From positions 2,912,001 to 2,976,000 of the forward strand of contig OZ243916.1 of assembly GCA_965213675.1 (NCBI GenBank): a stretch of DNA of 64,000 bases, in the 5' to 3' direction. Positions within the stretch are counted from its first letter, which is position 1; every line of letters starts with the position of its first letter. The position numbers and the translations under genes are program-made. This DNA is from an uncultured Candidatus Binatia bacterium (GTDB lineage Bacteria; Desulfobacterota; Binatia; UBA9968; JAJDTQ01). Below, piece after piece: positions 10,201-18,510 of the stretch. The notes under the pieces were generated by a model that saw nothing but the letters and a program-made list of their open reading frames with translations, had not been told where the DNA came from and made no database searches.

Positions 10201-10883
10201 AGGTGGCGCGCGCGTTCGGCGAGGCGCGCGCCCTGGGCGCGGCTCCGGCCGAAGATCTTCAAGGTGGCGATGCCCTGGATGCTGTCCAGGAAGTCGGCGC
10301 TGAAGGCGCCGTAGGACGTGCGCCGGCGCTGGCTGGTCTCCTCGTTGTAGAGCATGAACAGCGGCGTGGTCACCAGCGTGATGAGCGCGAACACCACGAA
10401 GATGACCCCGATGACCACGTCGAAGGACGCCATGAGGAAGAAGATCAACACGGGCGCCACCGCCGCCACCACCATCTGCGGCAGGAACTGGCCGTAAAAC
10501 ACCTGAAGCCGCTCCACCCCCTCGCCCATGGACAGGAGCACGTCGCCGGTGCGCTCCTGGTTGAAGTGGCCGGGGCCGAGTTCGAGGGCGTGCCCGTACA
10601 GCTTGCCGTGGAGCGTTTGCTTCACCCGCGCCGCGGTCTCCTGGCTCACCACGTCGCGCAGGTACTGGAACACCGCGCGCAGGGCGATGAAGCCCGCCAC
10701 CGCCCCCAGGTAGGGGATCAACGACGCGAACGGCCGTCCAGTGAGGACGCCGGCGATAACCAGCCCGGAGAACGCCAGCCGCGCAATGCCCGCGGCCACG
10801 GCGCACAGCCCGAGCACGACGGCGGCGGCGATGCGCGCGCGCACGCCGCGGGTATGGGTCAGCAGTCGCCGGTCGAGGTACAT
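7236..10883 (-). CDS. Fused heterodimeric type IV ABC transporter (TMD-NBD-TMD-NBD; CydDC/IrtAB/YbtPQ-like)
   Basis: Two GPSGAGKST Walker A motifs, LSGGERQR and LSGGQRQR signatures, two LVLDEA Walker B motifs, two TMDs, 1215 aa. Confidence 0.9.
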   Translation of the reverse strand: MYLDRRLLTHTRGVRARIAAAVVLGLCAVAAGIARLAFSGLVIAGVLTGRPFASLIPYLGAVAGFIALRAVFQYLRDVVSQETAARVKQTLHGKLYGHALELGPGHFNQERTGDVLLSMGEGVERLQVFYGQFLPQMVVAAVAPVLIFFLMASFDVVIGVIFVVFALITLVTTPLFMLYNEETSQRRRTSYGAFSADFLDSIQGIATLKIFGRSRAQGARLAERARHLYRTTMGVLAVNMVSVGITTFGILGGTACALGWGALKVSAGELELRSLIVILLMGAEIFRPTRELMILYHQGIDAMASAAGIFKLLEAPVTVREPAPATETAFTPAVRFEDVNFAYRDGARPALRGVSFELRHGEKLGVVGPSGAGKSTLVNLLLRFGDPQEGRVLLGGRDIRGIPLRVLRRHIAVVAQDMYLFYGTIADNLRMARPEATREEIEAAARAANIHDFIAGLPQGYDTVVGERGARLSGGERQRIAIARAILKDAPILVLDEALSSVDAQSEAVINEALQKLMEGRTTLIIAHRLSSVIHADRILVLERGQVAETGGHAELLAGGGTYARLMAAQAHAGDGEALEKLEAPAEEPDVVAAEPAAAPVAGSTRAVAPLSAFTVLRRLGALVRPFLHKVAVSFSAGVLFQASVVAAGAASALLVGQLISGDSIMWHLIVLGTVVTLASALAWADCWLPHDLAYQLLAEMRIDFYDTLDPLAPAYLSRRRSGDLVSIAGGDVETVELFFAHTISPAFIAVVVPVGILTVLGLVAWPLMLALAPFLALLALSPFLAQKRSDRLGGAVRRELGQLNAHLVDSIQGMREVVAFGHEKRQLASVLARSLKLARTQLAFHRDQAVQASLNEAVTGIGALAVLGTGVYLVGQLQMERALLPLASVLALLAFGPITDVARTFKELMETLESGRRVFAVKDEPVPVRDGAGVPVLDGTGVSPRDRDGAGAQAPAANGHAPPAIRFDHVNFGYDAGHGLALRDVCLDVEPGQTVALVGPSGAGKSTCAHLLLRFWDPAGGAVTLAGRDLREFALDHLRAQISLVSQDTYLFNTTLGENLCLGRPEASREDMEAAAALAHIHNFITRLPEGYDTVVGERGVQLSGGQRQRIAIARALLKDAPVLVLDEATSHLDAINEELIQQALAELVQGRTTLVIAHRLSTIRDADRIVVMDSGAIAEQGAHDDLLRGGGLYANLVMTQLVSAAERARAAGG

Positions 10884-11020
10884 GAGGTCATCCGTCTCCG
10901 TTCCTGAGAATTAGAAGGTCGCCGCCGGGAATACAAGGCGCGCGGCCTGGGCCGGTCCAAGGCGTGCCAGCGCATCGCCGGGGTGGCTGCGCGCCTACCT
11001 CGGCGGTTATGGGAAAAAGA

Positions 11021-11044
11021 AAAACTTAGATAAAACAAAGTTTT
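11021..11044. promoter_or_regulatory. Putative metalloregulator (DtxR-family) operator in a divergent promoter region
   Basis: Imperfect palindrome AAAACTTAG-ATAAAA-CAAAGTTTT in an AT-rich stretch between the ABC gene and futA. Confidence 0.5.
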
Positions 11045-11110
11045 AATATTGCAGACAAGGGATATTTGGAGTATGAAGGCAGAAATATCTCTTGAAGGGA
11101 GAAGTAAACC

Positions 11111-12157
11111 ATGCTGAAAACGATTTCTGGAGGTCGGTTGGTGCGCAGGATGCGGGTGTTCCTGGCGGCGGTCGTCGGTATTTCCATGGGCATCGCGGGG
11201 ACCGCCGTCGCGGACGGCGAGGTCAACATCTACTCCTACCGGCAGCCGTTCCTCATCAAGCCGATGCTGAACGCGTTCACCCAACAGACCGGCATCAAGA
11301 CCAACGTGGTGTTCGCGCCCAAGGGGATGATCGAACGCCTCAAGCGGGAGGGACGGAACAGCCCCGCCGACATGATCCTGACCGTGGACATCGGGCGGAT
11401 CAACGACGCCGTGGCAGCGGACGTGTTGCAGCCGGTCAAGTCGAACAAGCTCCTGGCGAACATCCCCCCCCACAACCGCGACCCCGACGGTCTCTGGTAC
11501 GCCCTCACGCGACGCGCCCGCATCGTGTACGCTTCCAGGGAACGGGTGAAACCGGGAGAGCTTTCCACCTACGAGGGCCTCGCCGATTCCCGATGGAAGG
11601 GGCGCATCTGCATCCGTTCTTCACAGCACGTCTACAACGTGGCCCTGCTCGCGTCGCTGGTGGCGCACCATGGCGAGGCAAAGGCCGAGGAGTGGGCCAA
11701 GGGATTGAAGGCCAACCTGGCGCGCAAGCCGCAGGGCAACGACCGCGCCCAGGTCAAGGCGATCCACGCGGGCGAGTGCGACATCTCGCTGGGCAACTCC
11801 TACTACATGGGCAAGATGCTCACCAACGAGAAGCAGATTGCGTGGGCGGAGTCGGTGAACATCATCTTCCCCAACCAGAAGGACCGCGGCGCCCACATGA
11901 ACATCAGCGGCGCCGGCGTCACCAAGCACTCCCCGAACAAGGCGAACGCCATCAAGCTGCTGGAATTCCTGAGCGACGACCTGGCCCAGAAGATGTACGC
12001 GGAGCAGAACTTCGAGTACCCCGTGAAGCCCGGTGTGCCTTGGTCCGGTTTGGTGGAATCGTGGGGCAGGTTCAAGGCGGACAACCTCGACATGATCAAG
12101 GTCGCCAAGAATCGCGCCACGGCCATCAAGGTTTTTGACCGCGTCGGCATCCCGTAG
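11111..12157 (+). CDS. futA: Fe(3+) ABC transporter substrate-binding protein (FutA/FbpA)
   Basis: EVNIYSYRQ, EGRNSPAD, LTRRARI, ICIRSSQHVYN, PQGNDRAQVKAI, GNSYYMG, NFEYPV. Confidence 0.9.
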   Translation: MLKTISGGRLVRRMRVFLAAVVGISMGIAGTAVADGEVNIYSYRQPFLIKPMLNAFTQQTGIKTNVVFAPKGMIERLKREGRNSPADMILTVDIGRINDAVAADVLQPVKSNKLLANIPPHNRDPDGLWYALTRRARIVYASRERVKPGELSTYEGLADSRWKGRICIRSSQHVYNVALLASLVAHHGEAKAEEWAKGLKANLARKPQGNDRAQVKAIHAGECDISLGNSYYMGKMLTNEKQIAWAESVNIIFPNQKDRGAHMNISGAGVTKHSPNKANAIKLLEFLSDDLAQKMYAEQNFEYPVKPGVPWSGLVESWGRFKADNLDMIKVAKNRATAIKVFDRVGIP

Positions 12158-12252
12158 GGACGAATTCCTTCCTGTTGAAGGGAAGGCCGGGCCGGTGACG
12201 CCGTCTGGCGATGACAATCGCCGGACGGTTTCACCGGGTCATCAAATAAAGC

Positions 12253-12272
12253 AAATTTGACAACACAAAAAT
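12253..12272. promoter_or_regulatory. Second putative operator/promoter upstream of bfr
   Basis: AAATTTG-ACAACA-CAAAAAT has the same TTWG-N6-CAAA layout as 11021 and overlaps a TTGACA. Confidence 0.4.
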
Positions 12273-12504
12273 AACAGTTTGGACGCGCCACGCTCTTGCG
12301 GCATGGACGCATGGGTCGCCCGCGTTGTCTCTCAACAAGACGGGGTCGCATTCACCATTCGGTTGAAGACAGTTCCGCCTTTCAAAAGGGACCCAACTCG
12401 ACTATGGTCGCAGAAACCGGGACAGGGGACAGGGGAACGGGAACCCGGCGCCATGTCCGGACGCGGAGCCTTGGCGCCGGACAGGAAACCAGGGAGGATG
12501 CGAT

Positions 12505-13002
12505 ATGAAAGGCGACCCGAGGATCATAAAGGCGCTCAACGACGTGTTGCGGAAGGAGCTTACAGGGATCAATCAATACTTCATGCATTCACGGATGTGC
12601 CGCAACTGGGGTTACCAGGTACTGGATCAGTTCATTTGGAATGAATCGATCGAGGAGATGCGGCATGCGGACCAGATCATCAACCGCATCCTGCTGCTGG
12701 ACGGGGTCCCCAACGTGACCGGATACGACAAGATCATGGTCGGCAAGACCGTCAAGGAACAGTTGGAGAACGATCTCGGGCTGGAACAGGCCGCCATCAA
12801 GGTACTGCAGGCGAGCATTGCGACGTGCAACAAGGCGGGAGACCACGTGAGCCGCGAGTTGCTGGAACAGATTCTGACGGACGAGGAGAACCACGTGGAC
12901 TGGATCGAAGCCCAACACCACCTGATCCACGAGGTCGGACTGGAAAATTACCTGGCTCAGCAGATCTACAATGCTGGCGGTGGGAGTGGCGGGGGCGCGT
13001 AA
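12505..13002 (+). CDS. bfr: Bacterioferritin
   Basis: MKGDPRII, ELTGINQYFMHSRM, ESIEEMRHAD (heme Met and ferroxidase ligands), DEENHVDW; GGAGG RBS. Confidence 0.97.
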   Translation: MKGDPRIIKALNDVLRKELTGINQYFMHSRMCRNWGYQVLDQFIWNESIEEMRHADQIINRILLLDGVPNVTGYDKIMVGKTVKEQLENDLGLEQAAIKVLQASIATCNKAGDHVSRELLEQILTDEENHVDWIEAQHHLIHEVGLENYLAQQIYNAGGGSGGGA

Positions 13003-13036
13003 GGGCACCGTTCGTCGTTGACAGGGTGGGAGCATC

Positions 13037-13702
13037 GTGGCGGAAAAGCGTTCGGAAGCGACCGAAGACTATCTCAAGGCCATCTACAGCCTTGCGGAGG
13101 AGAACGATCAGGTCATCGCCGCGCGGGTGGCCGAAGACATCGGCGTGACTCCTTCGACCATGTTCAGCGCCCTTCGACGGCTCGAGAAGGAAGAGTTCGT
13201 GCGCGTGGAGCGGCGCAAGAACATCTACCTGACCCCCAAGGGCCGGGATGTGGCCGAGGCCATCCTGCGCCGGCATTTCCTCACGGAGCGGCTGTTGACC
13301 GACCTGCTGGGTCTCGACTGGGTGACGGCCCATCAGGAAGCGCACCACCTGGAGCACGCCATCTCGCCGGTGGTGGAGGAGCGCCTGGCCGCGATCCTCG
13401 ATAATCCTTCCTCCTGCCCCCACGGCAACCCCATCCCCGTGAAGGGAGAGGCCTCCCCGCGCCGCCAGTGGATCCCATTGAACACCGCGGAGGCGGGTCG
13501 CGACGTCATCTTCCGGTGCATCACCGAGACCGGAGAGCGCGACGAGCGGCTGCTCTCGTTCCTGTTCGATCACAACGTGCGTCCCGGCGCCAGGATCGAG
13601 ATCCTCGACGTCGCGCCGTCCCTGGGCACCATGAGTCTGCGGGTGGGTGAGGACGAGGTCGTTCTCGGCCTGGAGGCGGGCAAGAAGATCTACGTGGAGT
13701 GA
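13037..13702 (+). CDS. DtxR/MntR family metal-dependent regulator with C-terminal FeoA domain
   Basis: EDYLKAIY, LTPKGRDVA, RRHFLTERLL, EAHHLEHAIS, CPHGNPIP. Confidence 0.95.
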   Translation: MAEKRSEATEDYLKAIYSLAEENDQVIAARVAEDIGVTPSTMFSALRRLEKEEFVRVERRKNIYLTPKGRDVAEAILRRHFLTERLLTDLLGLDWVTAHQEAHHLEHAISPVVEERLAAILDNPSSCPHGNPIPVKGEASPRRQWIPLNTAEAGRDVIFRCITETGERDERLLSFLFDHNVRPGARIEILDVAPSLGTMSLRVGEDEVVLGLEAGKKIYVE

Positions 13703-13727
13703 CCGGAGCTTGGATCTGAGCTCGCCC

Positions 13728-14180
13728 ATGAACGCCGGAACCGGCACACGCCGTCGAGCCCGCGCGGCACTGCTCGCCGCCGCGGCTTAACTGACATTTC
13801 TCATCGTCGGCGCGCCCCATCGCGTCCACCACTTCTTCGACTTCCTGGAAACGCCCGGAACGGTGGCCTCCACGGCGCCGGCGCTGCCGGACGAACCCGG
13901 TTCCAATTCGGATCGCCATCACGCCCACGCCCATGACCATCACGGGCACGGCGACGGTGCGGACGGTCACGGACATCACGACACCAATCCGGAGACGGCT
14001 CCCGAGCCGCCGTGCGTCGTTCTGGCCGCCTTCGCGCAGAATCCAGATTTTTTCGCCAACCCGGCGGTTCACTCCATGGACCGCCCGGCGCTCGCGTTTT
14101 CCTTCGGCTCCGTGTCCGCCACGCCCAGGGTCGCGCGGGTCCAAACCCACCACAGCCGCGCACCGCCGCATCTGATCTGA
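13728..14180 (+). pseudogene. His-rich DUF2946-like leader protein ending in RAPP, with an in-frame TAA at codon 21
   Basis: MNAGTGTRRRARAALLAAAA*LTFLIVGAPHRVHHFFD...HHAHAHDHHGHGDGADGHGHHD...PPCVVLAA...HHSRAPPHLI; TAA at 13788-13790 lies within the hydrophobic signal/TM segment. Confidence 0.65.
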
Positions 14181-14334
14181 GCGGGCATCGTACTCGCGCC
14201 AAACGCCGGTGCGCGCATCTGCATCATTGGCGGTGCGGCCGGGCGCTGCGTGCGCCGTTCCGCATTCCCGTGCGCCGTTCGGTGTACTCGTGCGCCGCAT
14301 CGCGTTCCCATGCGCCGCATCGTCACCTTCTTCC

Positions 14335-14523
14335 GTCATTCCCGCGGAAGCGGCTGTGTCAAGAACCCACACGAACAGGGTATGTCACGGCCCCCCGCAT
14401 CGTCATTTCCCGCGAAAGCGGGAATCCAGGAGTGGCGAGGTGGGGAGTACGCCCGTATCGCGCGTCCCCACCCCTGGATTCCCGCTTTCGCGGGAATGAC
14501 GATGCGGGGGGCCGGGAATGACG
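14335..14523. repeat. Cluster of family A REP-like elements
   Basis: GTCATTCCCGCGGAAGCG partial plus inverted pair at ~14401-14500. Confidence 0.85.
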
Positions 14524-14650
14524 AAACGGGGGCCGGGACGGGCAAATAGGATACAGGTTGGCCCTTGGCGTCGTCGGGTCCAGGGGCTCGGGTTCCCCCT
14601 GCGCCGGCTCCAGGCGCACGGATGAGGCCAACGCAAAGGAGCGTATTCCC

Positions 14651-15086
14651 ATGATGCGAATGAAATGGCAGGCGGGGTGTCTGGCGGTTCTGCTGGCGGC
14701 AGTCGGCGGTGCCGACGACAAAAAATCCTCCGCAGATTATGACGCGAATTAACCAGACACCACACTAGGCTCCACCGAGCCTCCCGCTGCATACGGTCTC
14801 TGGACCGGGGCGGAGTGGGAACGGGCACGTTCGTTCAGCCCGCGTCCTCAAGGCCATCGCCCCCTACGGTCACAATGGCTCCGTCGCCACCCTGGAGGAC
14901 TGGCTCGACCACTACGTCGCCGTCACCAACGGCGAGTTCACCGACTTCGTCGGCCGCCTCGACGACGTCCTTCCCACCTTCCAGCCCACCGATGCGGAAC
15001 GGCGTGGGCTCATCGCCTTCCTGGGCTCCCTCAACTCGGACTACGGTTCGGAGTGGACACGGGATCCGGGCGCCGTCCCGCGCTGA
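14651..15086 (+). pseudogene. Remnant of a di-heme cytochrome c peroxidase/MauG-like gene (signal, short N-terminus and C-terminus only)
   Basis: AAGGAG RBS + MMRMKWQAGCLAVLLAAVGG; then GLWTGAEWERARSFSP; then, in another frame, KAIAPYGHNGSVATLEDWLDHY...PTDAERRGLIAFLGSL, typical of CcP C-termini. Confidence 0.6.
14710..14768. mobile_element. Right half of a family C MITE
   Basis: TGCCGACGACAAAAAATCCTCCGCAGATTATGAC...CCAGACACCACACTAG is near-identical to the end of 44851-45015. Confidence 0.8.
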
Positions 15087-15112
15087 TGGCCAAGGGCCCT
15101 CGCCCGGATGGT

Positions 15113-15418
15113 TCAGGGAGACCGGACCAAGGTTGACGCCCGTTGGACCCGTGCAATCAGTTGTTTCCTTTCGTTGGCAAGGGCCCGGAAGTCGCATTCG
15201 ACCTGAATCCCGTGCCAGAATTCGTCGGATTGCCCGAAAAAAGCCCCGAAACGGATGGACATGGCGGGTGTGATTGAGCGTTTGCCGTGAACGATCTCGT
15301 TGATCGCCCTTGGAGAAACACCGATGGCGCGGGCCATGGCATTCTGGGATAGGCTCATGGGTCTGAGGTAATCCTCGAGCAGGATCTCACCGGGCGTAAT
15401 GGAATCGCGCATGAGCAT
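15113..15418 (-). CDS. higA: HigA family antitoxin (Xre HTH)
   Basis: [28 protein letters not shown]...[24 protein letters not shown]...FWHGIQ. Confidence 0.9.
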   Translation of the reverse strand: MLMRDSITPGEILLEDYLRPMSLSQNAMARAIGVSPRAINEIVHGKRSITPAMSIRFGAFFGQSDEFWHGIQVECDFRALANERKQLIARVQRASTLVRSP

Positions 15419-15443
15419 TGCGTATGACGTTATGGGGGTGTTG

Positions 15444-15722
15444 TCAATGGTGGTCCACAATACGGACTTGTTCGGGTCCGTTCCCCGTCCAACGAAAAAC
15501 AATGCGCCACAGGTCATTGATGCGTATGGAATGAAAGCCCGTCAGGTCGCCCTGAAGCGCTTCCAGTTGGTTGCCGGGCGGGACGGCCAAGTCGCCAAGG
15601 GTCTGTGCATGGTTCATTTGAACCAGTTTCCGTAGCGCCACACGCGCGATAGCGGCGAAGCGCCGGCATTTTTCTGAATAGAACAGTGTCGCAGTGTCCT
15701 TGTCGGCGAAGGATTGGATGAT
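15444..15722 (-). CDS. higB: HigB (RelE/ParE) toxin with a non-canonical ATC start, possibly inactivated
   Basis: IQSFADKDT...ALRKLVQMN...[35 protein letters not shown]...IVDHH; GGAGG upstream but first codon is ATC. Confidence 0.8.
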   Translation of the reverse strand: MIQSFADKDTATLFYSEKCRRFAAIARVALRKLVQMNHAQTLGDLAVPPGNQLEALQGDLTGFHSIRINDLWRIVFRWTGNGPEQVRIVDHH

Positions 15723-15823
15723 GAAACCGCAGCCCTCCAGCCGATGATGGTAAGCAACAACGGTACCATCAGGGTGCCGGACCCGACCGGACGACTGGAT
15801 TGAGCTACTCCCGACAACGGTTC

Positions 15824-16693
15824 TCACGGCGTAGCGGCGGCGGCCGTGGCCACGCCGGCGGCAACCACCGCCATCCAGCACAGCCGCCGGAACCCGATGC
15901 GGTCGCCCAGCCAGATCCGCGCGGTGACCGCGGTAACGGCGGCGAAGCTCGAGAAGCCAATGGCGGCGCCCACCCGCTCGCCGCCCCCGGAGCCGGTGAG
16001 GAACAGGCCCAGTGCCCCCGTTTCCAGAACCGCCTGCAAGAACACAAGGGGCCACGTCGTGCCGGACGGCCACGCCAGCGGGCCGCGCCGCCGCTGGATG
16101 ACCATGAAGCCCACTGCGCCGGTCAGCGCGAAGACGCGATTCAGGTAGACCGCCGGAACCGTGCCCAGCGCCGCGCCCGCCTCCTGCGCGAGGAACATGC
16201 GTAACGCCACCGACACGGCGGCGCCGAGTCCCAGAAGCGCGGTGACGCGCAGCCAGGCGCGGTCGTAGCGTTCCTTCCCTGGCTGCTCGGGTTGGGCCAG
16301 CATCGCCACTCCGCCGAAGACCGTCAACGCTGCGACCCCGTGAAGCCAGTGATAGGAATGGCCGGCCAGCACGTTCAGCGCCACGAGGATCACCGTGAAG
16401 CTCGACGTGGCTGGAGACGCCACCGTCACCGGTCCCCGGACCAGCGCGCGGAAGAGCAGCCCCAACACCGCGACGTTCAGGAAGCCGGACAACACCGAGG
16501 CACCCCAGCCCCAGGCGTTCCAGGCAGGCCAACCGCCGCTCGCCGCAAACCAGATCGTCATGACGGCCAACGGAGGCACCATGATGAGAGCGATGAGCAC
16601 AGACAGGGAGACGCGGCTCGCCGTCACGCGTGCGACGCAATCGGAAACACCGATCAAACCGGCGCCGCACAATCCCCAAGCCAGTCCATTCAT
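15824..16693 (-). CDS. DMT/EamA family transporter
   Basis: About 10 hydrophobic helices in two repeats; ALVRGPVTVASP; IWLGDRIG. Confidence 0.85.
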   Translation of the reverse strand: MNGLAWGLCGAGLIGVSDCVARVTASRVSLSVLIALIMVPPLAVMTIWFAASGGWPAWNAWGWGASVLSGFLNVAVLGLLFRALVRGPVTVASPATSSFTVILVALNVLAGHSYHWLHGVAALTVFGGVAMLAQPEQPGKERYDRAWLRVTALLGLGAAVSVALRMFLAQEAGAALGTVPAVYLNRVFALTGAVGFMVIQRRRGPLAWPSGTTWPLVFLQAVLETGALGLFLTGSGGGERVGAAIGFSSFAAVTAVTARIWLGDRIGFRRLCWMAVVAAGVATAAAATP

Positions 16694-17063
16694 GAGAGTC
16701 TCCGGCTTTCCGATTCCATGCCTTGCGCCAATGCCAGAGCGCGCCAGGAGTTTTCGCGAATTCCTACGGCGCAAACTCCTGGGTTATCCCCATGGGCTGC
16801 AAGAATCCTCAAGCAGCATCGCGCCCGGATGAAACGGGTTCTCCGGTTGTGTGTCCAAGGCACCCTCCTTGTTCTTGGCGGATGATATCCGATAATGGTC
16901 GCAAGCAGAACGGCCTCGTGCCCCGGTGACTCAGCCTCGAAAAAGCAGCATGGCTGTGGTAGGTCTGCAAAGAGCCAGGAGTGCTCGGCTGCGGCGGTTC
17001 GTTTGCAGCCACTGAAGCGCGTCGGGCACGGCAGCCACTCAACGAGCGAGAAGGGAGAACTGA

Positions 17064-18497
17064 ATGCAACCGGTAACCGACATGCGGAGCTACCTCGAGC
17101 GACTGGACGCCATGGGCGAGATCAAGCGCATCGAGGGGGCGGACCTCGACACGGACGTGGGGGCGCTCACCGAGCACATGGGGGACATCGAGTCCCAGGC
17201 GCTGCTGTTCGACGGCTTCGCGGGGTTTCCCAAGGGCTTTCGTATCGTCTCCAACCTGTTCCGCACCTGTCCGCGCTCGGCGGTGGCCATGGGCCTGCCC
17301 ACGGATGTCCGGGGTGTGGACTTCCTCCACGCGTGGCGCAAGCGCAGCCTGGAGTTCCAGCCCGTGCCGTATGAGCAGGTGGAAGGCGGGCCGGTGTTCG
17401 ACAACCAGATGGACGAGGACGAGGTGGACCTGACCCGGTTCCCCACGCCCATGTGGCACGACCTCGACGGCGGGCGCTACATCGGCACCGGGTGCGGGAT
17501 CATCACCAAGGACCCGGAGTCCGGCGGCATCAACATCGGCACCTACCGGGTGATGATTCAGGAGAAGAACAAGGTCTCGGTAAAGATGAACAAGGGCAAG
17601 CACGGGCGCCTGGCCATGGAGCGCGCCCACGCCCGCGGCGAAGCCCTGCCCGTGGCCATCACCCTGGGGCAGGAGCCCAGCGTGATGCTGTCTTCGCAAA
17701 TGCCGCTGCCGCCGTCGGTGAACGAGTACGAGTTCGCCGGCTGGATGCAGGGCAGCCCCATCCCGGTGGTGCGCGGCGCCGTCACCGGCCTGCCCATCCC
17801 GGCCAACGGCGAAGTGGTGCTGGAGGGCGAGATCCCGCCGCTGCCGCCGGAGGAGTTGCCCAAGGAGGGCCCCTTCGGCGAGTGGCCAGGCTACTACACC
17901 GAGGCCACCGAAGGGGACGTGCCGCTCATGACCGTGAAGCGGGTGTACTACCGGAACGACCCCGTCATCCTGGGCGCTCCGCCGGTGCGGCCGCCCAACA
18001 GCTACCTGCCCATCCCCCTGGGCGCCATCACGCTGTGGGAGCAGTTGGAGAAGGCCGGCATCCCGGACGTCAAGGGGGTCTGGGGCTTCGTCTACGGCGG
18101 CCAGCCCGGTCCGTTCACGGTCATCTCCATCAAGCAGCGCTACACCGGCCACGCCAAGCAGGCGCTGCTGGTGGCGGCCGGCGCCCGCGCCGGCGCCTAC
18201 GGCGGCAAGATGGTGGTGGTGGTGGACGACGACGTGGACATCACCAACCCGGGGGAGGTCATCTGGGCCATGTCCACCCGCTGCGACCCGCGCGAGGGCA
18301 TCGACATCGTGAAGAACGTGTGGGCCTCGGTGTGCGAGCCGGTCATCTCCCCCATGGACCGGGACACCAGGGGCTACGTCACCGACCGCGTGCTCATCGA
18401 CGCCTGCCGCCCATACCAGTGGATCGACCGCTTCCCGCCGGTGAATGCGTTCGAGCCGACGTACAAGGAGCAGATCGCCAAGAAGTGGGGGGTATGA
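17064..18497 (+). CDS. UbiD family (de)carboxylase
   Basis: DGGRYIGTG, NIGTYRVM, VVLEGEI, EGPFGEWPGYY, VVVVDDDVDI, WAMSTRCDP, IDACRP. Confidence 0.95.
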   Translation: MQPVTDMRSYLERLDAMGEIKRIEGADLDTDVGALTEHMGDIESQALLFDGFAGFPKGFRIVSNLFRTCPRSAVAMGLPTDVRGVDFLHAWRKRSLEFQPVPYEQVEGGPVFDNQMDEDEVDLTRFPTPMWHDLDGGRYIGTGCGIITKDPESGGINIGTYRVMIQEKNKVSVKMNKGKHGRLAMERAHARGEALPVAITLGQEPSVMLSSQMPLPPSVNEYEFAGWMQGSPIPVVRGAVTGLPIPANGEVVLEGEIPPLPPEELPKEGPFGEWPGYYTEATEGDVPLMTVKRVYYRNDPVILGAPPVRPPNSYLPIPLGAITLWEQLEKAGIPDVKGVWGFVYGGQPGPFTVISIKQRYTGHAKQALLVAAGARAGAYGGKMVVVVDDDVDITNPGEVIWAMSTRCDPREGIDIVKNVWASVCEPVISPMDRDTRGYVTDRVLIDACRPYQWIDRFPPVNAFEPTYKEQIAKKWGV

Positions 18498-18510
18498 AGG
18501 AGCGGCGCGC

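Noticed and set aside
7329-10907. Very long antisense ORFs (also 3295..5004, 19924..21633, 41722..43374, 55256..57052, 57405..59795)
   Set aside because: They mirror well-supported genes on the opposite strand, as expected from high-GC codon bias, and show no recognisable motifs.
12340-12396. Possible structured RNA or riboswitch in the bfr leader (GGGTC...GACCC enclosing two small hairpins)
   Set aside because: The stems are short and I cannot match them to yybP-ykoY, NiCo or any other known family; an Rfam or covariation search is needed.
13788-13790. Recoded stop (Sec/Pyl) in the RAPP leader
   Set aside because: The codon is TAA, which is not used for Sec or Pyl, and it lies in a hydrophobic segment; a mutation or sequencing error is more likely.
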